Shown here: positions 18,612 to 27,238 of the stretch, piece by piece
How positions within the stretch are numbered: the stretch's first letter is position 1
How the letters are laid out: the number at the start of each line of letters is the position of its first letter
Assembly: GCA_002428055.1 (NCBI GenBank)
Contig: DIZY01000038.1
Location: 1 to 36,866 of the forward strand
Direction of reading: 5' to 3'
Length of the DNA stretch: 36,866 nt
Origin: Helicobacteraceae bacterium UBA6016
Lineage (GTDB): Bacteria > Campylobacterota > Campylobacteria > Campylobacterales > UBA6016
Program-made: the position numbers and the translations under genes
The notes under the pieces: model-generated
Told to the model about the DNA's origin: nothing
Database searches by the model: none
Seen by the model: the letters and a program-made list of their open reading frames with translations, nothing else

Positions 18612-19046
18612 TTGAAAAAAACGCTTATTTTGCTTCTTGTTTTTTCGGTATATTGTTTTGCACAGCCGATGAAAAAGGTGCTATTTGGTTGTAAAAGCGG
18701 TGATTTTAAGAGTTTTGAAAAAAGTCTAGATTCGATGGCGCATCTATCCGATTACTACTCAAAAAACTCATTTAGCTACGACATAGTGATGGTGGCTCAA
18801 AGCGAATGCGTGAAGTTTATGCTTGCCTCTACCGAAAATACGGAATATGCGAAAGAGGAGATACCGCTAGACATAGAGCTAAAAATGGAAAAACTAAAAG
18901 GCAAAGCCCGTTTTGAGCAGTGTGCGGTTACACTATCCAGAAAGCAAATACCGAGTTCAAAAGTTCGAAAGAGCGTCAAAATAGTCGAGTCGGCTACCGT
19001 AGCCACGGTTGATTATCAGCTAAACGGATATGCCCTGATACCGTAA
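18612..19046 (+). CDS. Second exported DsrE-like protein
   Basis: TTG start at 18612, signal peptide, RFEQCAVTL and terminal YQLNGYALIP. Confidence 0.62.
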   Translation: MKKTLILLLVFSVYCFAQPMKKVLFGCKSGDFKSFEKSLDSMAHLSDYYSKNSFSYDIVMVAQSECVKFMLASTENTEYAKEEIPLDIELKMEKLKGKARFEQCAVTLSRKQIPSSKVRKSVKIVESATVATVDYQLNGYALIP

Positions 19047-20309
19047 AAAAATCATTGCCGCTACAAAATAAGCCACAATTAGTACATTAAACACAAAAAA
19101 CAGCCTCTTGTTGAAAGCCGCAACCAACGAGAGTACAAGATAAGAGACAAAAAACCAAAGAGGCGTCAAAAACTCACTTTTGGCAAGCCATTTGGAGCTA
19201 TTTACGGCTTCGATTAGCCAGCCGTCAAATATCCACCCAAGCCCAAAAAGATGCGCCGCAAGAGAGACGGGATAGAAAACATCAAAAATTGCGCTAAAAA
19301 AAGAGTTCATAAGATGAGCTTTTGTGAAAATACCAAAGATATAGTGGATGACGGGAAGCATTGCAAAAAACAGCCATGAGCTAAGAGCGACATAAACGAC
19401 CGCTTTGCGCTTAAACTCGGTATTTGCCAAAAAAAGATAGATAAGAAAAACACCGTAAAGCGAGAGCCAAAATCCAACAGAAAACAAAAAAGACGGGAAT
19501 AAGGCAAGGCAAAGCAGTGTCGTCAAAAAAAGAGTTTTGTAGCTAAGTATCTCATCTCCCCGAAGCGCAAAATAAAAGAGGATAAAGGCGGCGACCACCG
19601 CTCTTGCAAATGACGCCGTAAAGTCGGTTAGATATGCGTAAAAGACGAGAACGGCAAGACAAAACAGAAATATCCAAAGTTGCCTATTGACATACGGAAA
19701 GAACCTATCTTGAATAAGTCTAAACGGCGGCGTAAGAAGCAAAAATATAAACGCCGTAAGCAAGGCGACATTCAACCCGCTAATCGCAAAAAAAGCGCCT
19801 AGACCATAGCCGTTTATGAAGTTCTCCACATCCTCACCGACCTCGGCGTTCAAAAATAGATTTAGGTATATCTCTTTGGTTTTTATATCTTCGTGCTGTG
19901 AAGATATAAACTCTTTGACGCCTGCTTGTAGCTTATCTTTTTCGCCAAGCGGCGTTAGTGCAAGTATCCGAAGTCGTGGGGTTTTGAATGTATCGACAAA
20001 GGAGAGCTCTTTTGTCTTCACGACCACCGCAAACCGTTCACTCTCTTTTGACTTCATATCGGTTTTTGAGTAAGCTCTAAAGTCCAGTCCATCGGCACGG
20101 AAGAAGAGCGAGAAGTACGCTGCGCCGTTTTTGCCTCTTTTCTCTTTTGAGGAGATGAGCTTGGCGTCTAGAGTTGCATACTCAAATTCTGTTAGTTTTT
20201 TGTATGAGAGATACGAGTAGGTGAGATTGGCGGTGAGAATTGCCGTGATAAGAATCCAAAAAATAACCGCCTTGGAAGATAATCTATCCAAAACGGCTAG
20301 CTTCGTCAT
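19020..20309 (-). CDS. comEC: ComEC/Rec2 competence protein (short form without metallo-beta-lactamase domain)
   Basis: AISGLNV, SFARA and FSVGFWLS motifs, many TM helices; translationally coupled to dnaB. Confidence 0.82.
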   Translation of the reverse strand: MTKLAVLDRLSSKAVIFWILITAILTANLTYSYLSYKKLTEFEYATLDAKLISSKEKRGKNGAAYFSLFFRADGLDFRAYSKTDMKSKESERFAVVVKTKELSFVDTFKTPRLRILALTPLGEKDKLQAGVKEFISSQHEDIKTKEIYLNLFLNAEVGEDVENFINGYGLGAFFAISGLNVALLTAFIFLLLTPPFRLIQDRFFPYVNRQLWIFLFCLAVLVFYAYLTDFTASFARAVVAAFILFYFALRGDEILSYKTLFLTTLLCLALFPSFLFSVGFWLSLYGVFLIYLFLANTEFKRKAVVYVALSSWLFFAMLPVIHYIFGIFTKAHLMNSFFSAIFDVFYPVSLAAHLFGLGWIFDGWLIEAVNSSKWLAKSEFLTPLWFFVSYLVLSLVAAFNKRLFFVFNVLIVAYFVAAMIFLRYQGISV

Positions 20310-21730
20310 AGCTTGATGTGCGAGAACTCTATGTTTTCGATAGGCGCTTTGGTTTCGGCGAAGACATGCTCTGTAAAGTGTCCACCTGCAGCTTCAAATC
20401 TAGTGAAGCGCTTGTGAAAGACGAGATTTACGATACCCGTAGGGCCGTTACGGTTTTTGCCGATGATGACCTCTGCCTCCTCTTCCGTTTTTTCCGAAAA
20501 GGTGTTTTTGTACTCTTTGCCCTCGGCTTTTGCCTTCATCTCTTTTTCTTTTTCTTCCCTTGCCCTGTACACATCATCACGATAGACGAAGAGTATCTGG
20601 TCGGCATCTTGCTCGATGGAGCCCGACTCCCTAAGGTCGCTTAGCATCGGGCGTTTGTCGGCTCTGGCTTCAAGACCACGGTTTAGCTGTGAAAGAGCGA
20701 TTATCGGCATTTCAAGCTCACGGGCAAGGAGCTTTAGCCCCCTTGACATATCGGATACTTCGAGGTGTCTGTCTTTGTTTCCACTACTTGACATGATTTG
20801 CAGGTAGTCGATGATGGCCACGCCGACCTCTTTGTGTCTTGCTTTTAGTTTTCGTAGTTTGCTTCTAAGCACCGACATCGTGAGTCCGCCCTCGTCATCC
20901 ACAAATAGCTTGGAGTCGGAGTAGTGCTGTATAGCATCCGTCAGGCGGCTCCACTGTCCGTCGTCGATATTTGCGACTCTCAGGTCTTGTAACGGTATGC
21001 TTGTCTTTGCGGCAAGCATCCTTAACATCAGCTGTTCGGCGGGCATCTCAAGGGAAAATATCGCTACACCCACCCCTTGCGAAAGAGCGTGTGAGGCGAT
21101 ATTAAGCGCAAATGCTGTTTTTCCCATGGCGGGACGGGCGGCGATGATGACGAGGTCACCTTTGCCAAAGCCCGCATTTTTTTTGTTCAGCTCATAAAAG
21201 CCCGTGTCGAGTCCGACAAGCAGATTGTCGCCCCGTTTTTTCATCTCAAGCATATAATCAAGCGTGCTCTTAGTGACCTCTTCGGGCTCCCTAAAGTCTT
21301 TGGTGGAGCTAGCCGTCGCTATCTTAAAGAGCTTTGTCTCTGCGGAGTCTATTATCTCCGAGGACTCTTTTTGTTCCATACACTCCGATTTTATCTCGTT
21401 AGTAAAGCTAAAGAGTTTTCGCTTCGTAGATAGCTCTTTTAGCTCGGCGATATAAGGCTTCAGATTTGGCAACGGAGTAGTGGATAACACCTCAAAAAAC
21501 GAATCAGAGTCAAACTCCGCCCCCTTATACTTTTGGCGGATAAACTCCTCGTCTATCGGCATAGAAGTGGCTGAGAGGTGCATCATGGTGGCGTACACGG
21601 CTTTGTGAAACGGATGATAAAACTCATCTTCATTCATAACGCCGGATATGTCGTCAAATACTGCGGAGTCATACAGCACCGAGCTCAGCACGGCTCTTTC
21701 GATGTTTAGATTATAAAAATTTGCGTCCAT
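20306..21730 (-). CDS. dnaB: Replicative DNA helicase
   Basis: AARPAMGKT Walker A, FSLEM, IIDYLQ, LSQLNR, DLRESGSIEQDAD, KNRNGPTG. Confidence 0.98.
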   Translation of the reverse strand: MDANFYNLNIERAVLSSVLYDSAVFDDISGVMNEDEFYHPFHKAVYATMMHLSATSMPIDEEFIRQKYKGAEFDSDSFFEVLSTTPLPNLKPYIAELKELSTKRKLFSFTNEIKSECMEQKESSEIIDSAETKLFKIATASSTKDFREPEEVTKSTLDYMLEMKKRGDNLLVGLDTGFYELNKKNAGFGKGDLVIIAARPAMGKTAFALNIASHALSQGVGVAIFSLEMPAEQLMLRMLAAKTSIPLQDLRVANIDDGQWSRLTDAIQHYSDSKLFVDDEGGLTMSVLRSKLRKLKARHKEVGVAIIDYLQIMSSSGNKDRHLEVSDMSRGLKLLARELEMPIIALSQLNRGLEARADKRPMLSDLRESGSIEQDADQILFVYRDDVYRAREEKEKEMKAKAEGKEYKNTFSEKTEEEAEVIIGKNRNGPTGIVNLVFHKRFTRFEAAGGHFTEHVFAETKAPIENIEFSHIKL

Positions 21731-21731
21731 A

Positions 21732-21800
21732 TTACTTCTTTTGCCATTTGAAAATATCTAAAATTGTGATTGCATGTTTTGAGATTTTATAGACAATAAA
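21732..21800 (-). pseudogene. C-terminal remnant of a RelE/ParE-type toxin
   Basis: The minus strand reads IVYKISK then, in another frame, AITILDIFKWQKK*, resembling RelE/ParE C-termini; it lies directly after an antitoxin-like ORF. Confidence 0.5.
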
Positions 21801-22014
21801 CTACGCCAAGCTCTTTTTTGTATGCGCTATCACTTAGGCTTTCGCTTTTCTCAGCTGCTTCAACTCTTCGCTTGACCTCTTCAATACTTGTGACGATAAT
21901 GCCGCTAGGTATTTTCTTATCCACCACTTTTACTTGTTTTTTTGGCAAAGAGTCAACAATCGCCATAAAATGTTCGTAAAAATTGTCGTTAATTTTTAGA
22001 GTAACTGTCTGCAT
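21787..22014 (-). CDS. Putative type II antitoxin, 3' end probably altered by a deletion
   Basis: MQTVTLKINDNFYEHF...SIEEVKRRV antitoxin-like sequence; GAGAGG RBS and TGaTATACT extended -10 upstream. Confidence 0.5.
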   Translation of the reverse strand: MQTVTLKINDNFYEHFMAIVDSLPKKQVKVVDKKIPSGIIVTSIEEVKRRVEAAEKSESLSDSAYKKELGVVYCL

Positions 22015-22114
22015 AGACCCTCTCCGGACTCAAAATTATGAAAATATTTTATCTTAAAAAGTATATCAACTTGTATTTTAGAGGTTTTTGGCAGTTTTGT
22101 TGTGCGAAATAAAT

Positions 22115-22318
22115 TTATTGGTTTTTTGGATTTTTCTTGGCATCAAAAGACGCTTTCAAGGATACTAATTCGTCTACATTTTTTTGTGATTTTTCTATCA
22201 CTTCATCCACCATTAGTCCGAGCATAACTGTTTTATATAGATTTGGTTTCTTTTTTTCCCAACTATATAAAGTTGTTCTATCAATACCCAAATAGCCAGC
22301 CATATCTCTTTTGTTCAT
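22115..22318 (-). CDS. Small helix-turn-helix regulator (XRE/Cro-like)
   Basis: KRDMAGYLGIDRTTLYSWEK HTH; divergent from the methylase-nuclease operon. Confidence 0.75.
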   Translation of the reverse strand: MNKRDMAGYLGIDRTTLYSWEKKKPNLYKTVMLGLMVDEVIEKSQKNVDELVSLKASFDAKKNPKNQ

Positions 22319-22374
22319 AAATTCTCACTCGAAAAAATTGAGCAAGGCTACAAATCTGCCAATGAAAAAACAAC

Positions 22375-22453
22375 TGTTGTTATAAACAACAAAAGATGCT
22401 AAATATGTTGTTTATTTAAACACTTTTAAAATAGAATGTTGGATTAATCAACA
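22375..22453. promoter_or_regulatory. Three phased palindromic operators TGTTG-N7-CAACA
   Basis: Copies start at 22375, 22406 (right half AAACA) and 22437, exactly 31 bp apart. A TAGAAT -10 candidate at 22432-22437 abuts the third copy. Confidence 0.75.
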
Positions 22454-22476
22454 AAATATCTATAAAGTGTGGAATT

Positions 22477-23454
22477 ATGCCATCAATGCTTCAATCTAAA
22501 AAATCATCGAATAAAAATCTTCAAAAAGCCAACAAAGAAAAAAACGACGAGTTTTACACGCAGTTACCGGACATAGAAAGGGAGTTGAGGCACTACAAAG
22601 AGCATTTCAAGGGCAAGGTGGTTTTTTGTAATTGTGATGACCCAGAAGAGTCGCATTTTTTTCGATATTTTGCACTCAACTTTGAACAGCTTGGACTCAA
22701 AAAAGTTATCACGACGCACTTTGAAAAAACAAAGCCGTCATACAAGCTAGAGCTTGAACATGACTTGAACGGTGACGGCAAAATCAATGAACTGGACAAA
22801 TTCAAAACGCCACTCAAGCAAAATGGGGATTTTAGGAGCGACGAAGCGACGGAGATTTTGAAAAGTGCTGACATTGTGGTGACCAATCCGCCGTTTTCAC
22901 TATTTCGTGAATATGTCGCTCAGCTTGTGAAGTATGATAAGAAGTTTGTGATTATCGGTAATCAAAACGCAATAACCTATAAAGAGATTTTTAAACTCAT
23001 CAAGGACAATAAAATTTGGCTTGGTTATGGATTTAATGGTGGAGCGGCACATTTTATAAATAAATACTATGTTGATTATGCAACTGCAAGTAATCATAAA
23101 GATGGAATGATAAGAGTTTCAGGCGTTACTTGGTTTACAAATTTAGAGATTCAGAAACGACATGAAGATCTAATTTTGTACAAGGTTTACAACGAGACGG
23201 AATATCCAAAATATGACAACTACGATGCCATAAATGTAGATAAGACAAAAGATATACCATGCGATTACGATGGCGCAATGGGTGTGCCAATTACTTTTTT
23301 GGATAAATATAATCCTGAGCAGTTTGAGATTTTAGGAAACCTCGGTTCGTATGCCCCAGATGGATATTCGTTAAGCTCTTCAATTTTTATTAATGGAAAG
23401 AAAATTTTTAAACGAATACTCATCAAAAACAAAAAACTAGGAGCCGCCAAGTGA
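22477..23454 (+). CDS. Adenine-specific DNA methyltransferase, EcoRI-methylase family
   Basis: NDEFYT, VFCNCDDP, GDFRS, DIVVTNPPFSLFREY, YDNYDAINV, MGVPITFLDKYNPEQF. Confidence 0.88.
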   Translation: MPSMLQSKKSSNKNLQKANKEKNDEFYTQLPDIERELRHYKEHFKGKVVFCNCDDPEESHFFRYFALNFEQLGLKKVITTHFEKTKPSYKLELEHDLNGDGKINELDKFKTPLKQNGDFRSDEATEILKSADIVVTNPPFSLFREYVAQLVKYDKKFVIIGNQNAITYKEIFKLIKDNKIWLGYGFNGGAAHFINKYYVDYATASNHKDGMIRVSGVTWFTNLEIQKRHEDLILYKVYNETEYPKYDNYDAINVDKTKDIPCDYDGAMGVPITFLDKYNPEQFEILGNLGSYAPDGYSLSSSIFINGKKIFKRILIKNKKLGAAK

Positions 23455-24539
23455 AAATCGAACTTAAAGAAATCACAATTGCCGAGGTGGTCGAAGATTA
23501 TAAAGACAGCCAAGAAGAGGGTGTTACGGGCTTTGGCGGCAGACTTGACATTCGCCCAAAATATCAAAGAGAGTTTGTTTATAAAGACAAACAACGAGAT
23601 GCCGTTATCGAAACGGTACGCAAAAATTTTCCACTCAATGTGATGTATTGGGTCAAAAATAGCGACGATAGCTATGAAGTGCTAGACGGACAGCAGCGAA
23701 CTATAAGTATCTGCGAGTATGTAAAAGGAGATTTTTCACTAGAATTTCAATACTTTCATAATCTCACAGCAGACGAGCAAGAGCAGATACTAAACTACAA
23801 ACTTATGGTCTATTTTTGTGAAGGTACCGACAAGGAAAAGCTCGATTGGTTCAAAACTATTAATATAGCTGGCGAAAAGCTAACAGACCAAGAACTACGA
23901 AACGCCATATATACAGGCACATGGCTCAGCGATGCGAAGCGGTACTTTAGCAAAAGTGGGTGTGCAGCTTATGGGCTAGCAAGCGATTATCTAAACGGCT
24001 CGCCGATACGACAAGACTATCTTGAGGCAGCTATATACTGGATTGCACATGGACAAATAGAAGGCTATATGGCGTCTCATCAGCACGACCCAAACGCCAA
24101 TGAGCTGTGGCTTTATTTTCAAAGTGTGATTAGCTGGGTCAAAGTCACTTTCCCAAACTACCGCAAAGAGATGAAAGGGCTTGACTGGGGATTTTTGTAC
24201 AATGAATTCAAAGATAAGCCACAAGACTCAAAAAAGCTAGAAGATGAGATAGCCGTTCTCATGCAGGATGAAGATGTCACCGCCAAAAAAGGGATATATA
24301 ACTATGTACTGACTCGTAATGAAAAGCACCTAAATATCAGAGGGTTTACGGATAAGCAAAAGCGAGAGGTATATGAAAAGCAAAAAGGAATTTGCCCGAA
24401 GTGCGACAAAGATAAGCATTATGAACTTAGCGAAATGGAAGCAGACCATATCAAGCCTTGGCACGAAGGCGGAAAAACAGAGTCTGCTAACTGTCAAATG
24501 CTTTGTAAAATGCACAACAGAATAAAGTCTGGAAAATAA
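23451..24539 (+). CDS. DUF262 (GmrS/ParB-like) domain fused to HNH endonuclease
   Basis: RPKYQREFVY and VLDGQQR DUF262 motifs; CPKC...EADHIKPW..GG...NCQMLCKMHN HNH; GTGA-coupled to the methylase. Confidence 0.88.
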   Translation: MKIELKEITIAEVVEDYKDSQEEGVTGFGGRLDIRPKYQREFVYKDKQRDAVIETVRKNFPLNVMYWVKNSDDSYEVLDGQQRTISICEYVKGDFSLEFQYFHNLTADEQEQILNYKLMVYFCEGTDKEKLDWFKTINIAGEKLTDQELRNAIYTGTWLSDAKRYFSKSGCAAYGLASDYLNGSPIRQDYLEAAIYWIAHGQIEGYMASHQHDPNANELWLYFQSVISWVKVTFPNYRKEMKGLDWGFLYNEFKDKPQDSKKLEDEIAVLMQDEDVTAKKGIYNYVLTRNEKHLNIRGFTDKQKREVYEKQKGICPKCDKDKHYELSEMEADHIKPWHEGGKTESANCQMLCKMHNRIKSGK

Positions 24540-24554
24540 CTGTATTGCCGCTTT

Positions 24555-25610
24555 TTAAAAAGTGATTCCGAGTCCGACACACTCTGCCAAGCTTATCTCA
24601 TCCTTTTCAAATATTAGTGCATTTTTGACGGCTGAGGGTTTGGCTAGCAAAGGGCCGTCTAGGTCGTAAAAGCAGATGTTTTCATCGCTCATTGCGAAGT
24701 GTACGGCGGCGGAGATGCTCACTACCGATTCTAGCATCGAGCCCATCATTACTTTGGCGCCACGCTCTTTTGCCAGTTTTGCAATTCTCATAGCCTCGTA
24801 TATGCCGCCCGTTTTCATTAGCTTGATATTGATGTAGTGTGCCGCTTTTTCATCCAGTATCCGCACGGCGTCTTCGTAGCCAAAGACCGACTCGTCGGCG
24901 AGTATCGGGATGCTGGAATGCGCCGTTATTTCGGCAAGCCCAGCCAAATCCTCCGCCTTTGTCGGCTGTTCGATGAGTTCGATACCTAGCAGCGCTATTT
25001 TTTCTATGATATTAAGAGCCGTCTTCGCATCCCACGCTTGATTGGCATCAACCCTTAGAACCGCAGAGGGCAGGGCGGCTCTGATATTTCGCATCACCTC
25101 TACCGTAGCTTTTTCATCCGCTCCGACTTTGACTTTGAGTATCCCAAAGCCATCATCATACGCCTCTACCGCATCTTTTAGCATCGTCTCATTATCGCCG
25201 AGACTGATAGTAAGATTGGTGCGAAGCGTTTTTGCCTTGCCACCCAGATATTCATACAGCGGCTTATTGACACTCTTAGCAAGAATGTCGTAAATAGCCA
25301 TATCCACGCACGCCTTCGCCGATGTGCTCTTCGTCACGCTAGTATGCAGAGCCTCAAACACATCGTCGCCGCCAAGCTCCAAGCCATTAATCGCAGGAAA
25401 TATTCGCTCTTTTATCGTTCTCTCAATACTCTCTATATCCTCACCCGTGATGGCAACCGTCGGCGGAGCTTCGCCATATCCCGTTGCGCCGTTGTCGGTG
25501 ATAAGGGTCAGCAGCACATCTTCTATTTTTTCAACTCTTCTAATGTTTGTTACAAACGGTTTTTTAAGCTCAGCCGTTACTTTTTCTATTCTAAAATCAG
25601 TTATTTTCAT
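24555..25610 (-). CDS. L-Ala-D/L-Glu dipeptide epimerase (enolase superfamily)
   Basis: GYGEA, LKVKVG, RVDANQAW, IEQP, LADES, NIKLMKTGG, DLDG. Confidence 0.9.
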   Translation of the reverse strand: MKITDFRIEKVTAELKKPFVTNIRRVEKIEDVLLTLITDNGATGYGEAPPTVAITGEDIESIERTIKERIFPAINGLELGGDDVFEALHTSVTKSTSAKACVDMAIYDILAKSVNKPLYEYLGGKAKTLRTNLTISLGDNETMLKDAVEAYDDGFGILKVKVGADEKATVEVMRNIRAALPSAVLRVDANQAWDAKTALNIIEKIALLGIELIEQPTKAEDLAGLAEITAHSSIPILADESVFGYEDAVRILDEKAAHYINIKLMKTGGIYEAMRIAKLAKERGAKVMMGSMLESVVSISAAVHFAMSDENICFYDLDGPLLAKPSAVKNALIFEKDEISLAECVGLGITF

Positions 25611-25712
25611 CCCATATTTATGCCCTCTGAGCGCTTAAACTATCGCTTGTCGGCTTAGTTTAAGAGAGAACCTGTAATTATCCTTGTAGATTAGAAAATT
25701 GGGGTGCACTGA

Positions 25713-27179
25713 ATGGATTATGCGAAGTGTTTGGCGTTTGGCGGCGGAAGGGAGGCGTTTTTGCGGCTAAGCGATATAGGGTATGACGAATCGGCTGTTT
25801 GTGGGAGGCTTGGGCTTGACGACATTACCGATATAACATGGCGTGCAATACCTATTTATCGCAAAGAGAAGCTATTTGCGAGAGAGCCGCTTGAGTGCGC
25901 TATTGATATTTTTTTACTGCAAGGGGCTCTTTCGCAAGAAGAGCTTGATTTGTTGTTTGACGAAGATGGGCAAAAAACGCTTTGCGGTTGCGGTGTTTTG
26001 TCGAGCCGTGGTGATAAATGGGTATCGAATCTATCATGCTATCCTGTAGGCGGAGGCTTCATCGTATCCGACCATGCGTGGCCGAAGCTTCCGCACCCTG
26101 GGCAATGCGCCGTGCCTCACAATCAGGTGATGTATATAGGTACAGATAGCCGTTGGCTGGTACATGCGACGGTTAGAAGAGAGTTTGAATCGGCGCTTGA
26201 CCTTTGTACGGGCTCAGGTATACACGCCATCCTTGCCGCGAGGCACACAAAGAGGGTAATTGCCGTAGACATCAATCAAAGAGCCGTAGAGTGTACCGCT
26301 TTTAATGCCTATTTAGCTGGGGCGCAGAATGTGGAGGCGGTGTGCGGCGATTTGTATGAAAAGCTTGGGGATGAGAGGTTTGAGCTGATTACCGCAAATC
26401 CGCCGTTTGTGCCCTCGCCGGTAGATGAGCTAGGGTATAGAGACGGAGGTAGCGACGGCGAGAGTGTGCAGCGCAGAATCGTCGAGGGATTACCATGTCG
26501 TCTATCGCTTGGAGGAGTAGCGCAAATCGTTACCGAGCTGGGGGAGCGTGAGGGCGACTCCTTGCCGGATAGACTCCGCTCTTGGCTAAACGGAGCGCCG
26601 CTCGATATTTTGGTTTTGAGGCTTCGCACTCACAGTGCGGCGAATTATGCCATTTCGCATGCCAAAGGCGATGATAGCTACGAGGAGTTTTTTGAGAGCG
26701 TTGACGAATGGGCGACAAATCTAAGCTCTCAAGGATACACGCATATTTCGTCCGTCTTGATAGCGTTCAAATGGAGCGACCCGTCATGCGGCGAACCGTG
26801 GGAGAGAATGGAGGATGTCGCCCCGCCAAGCGCAGATATGGGGTATGCTGTTGAAGAGATTTTTGCGGCGGAGAGGCTCTCTCGTTTGAGCGATTTGCGT
26901 GAACTATTGGAGAGTAGGAAAATTCGCAGACTTGGCAATATCGGACTTTTGGAGGCAAGCCAACTCGGCAATACCGCCGATATGAAAGCGCAGGCGCAAC
27001 TACTCGGTGTGCCGCTATCCATAGGGAGATGGCTTGACGGTGTGGAGCTAAATATACTTTTAGCTCTTCACACTCCAAAAAGCCTATCGGAGCTCACGGA
27101 AGAGTTTGGCGGCGGCGGGGAGTTACTGCTTGATAAGCTCCGCTTGTTGATAAGAAGCGGTTTTGTAACACTATGCTAG
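25713..27179 (+). CDS. Class I SAM-dependent methyltransferase (HemK/MTS-like core with N- and C-terminal extensions)
   Basis: LDLCTGSG, VDIN, GDLY, TANPPFVP, YRDGG motifs. Confidence 0.8.
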   Translation: MDYAKCLAFGGGREAFLRLSDIGYDESAVCGRLGLDDITDITWRAIPIYRKEKLFAREPLECAIDIFLLQGALSQEELDLLFDEDGQKTLCGCGVLSSRGDKWVSNLSCYPVGGGFIVSDHAWPKLPHPGQCAVPHNQVMYIGTDSRWLVHATVRREFESALDLCTGSGIHAILAARHTKRVIAVDINQRAVECTAFNAYLAGAQNVEAVCGDLYEKLGDERFELITANPPFVPSPVDELGYRDGGSDGESVQRRIVEGLPCRLSLGGVAQIVTELGEREGDSLPDRLRSWLNGAPLDILVLRLRTHSAANYAISHAKGDDSYEEFFESVDEWATNLSSQGYTHISSVLIAFKWSDPSCGEPWERMEDVAPPSADMGYAVEEIFAAERLSRLSDLRELLESRKIRRLGNIGLLEASQLGNTADMKAQAQLLGVPLSIGRWLDGVELNILLALHTPKSLSELTEEFGGGGELLLDKLRLLIRSGFVTLC

Positions 27180-27238
27180 GCTTTTTTCATATTTAAAGAG
27201 TTACAATCGAAGAGAGAAATTTCAAAAGGGGTGTTTTG

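Noticed and set aside
20306-21730. Possible intein or unusual insertion in DnaB
   Set aside because: Length is normal, there are no intein motifs, and the charged C-terminal insert is typical of Campylobacterota DnaB.
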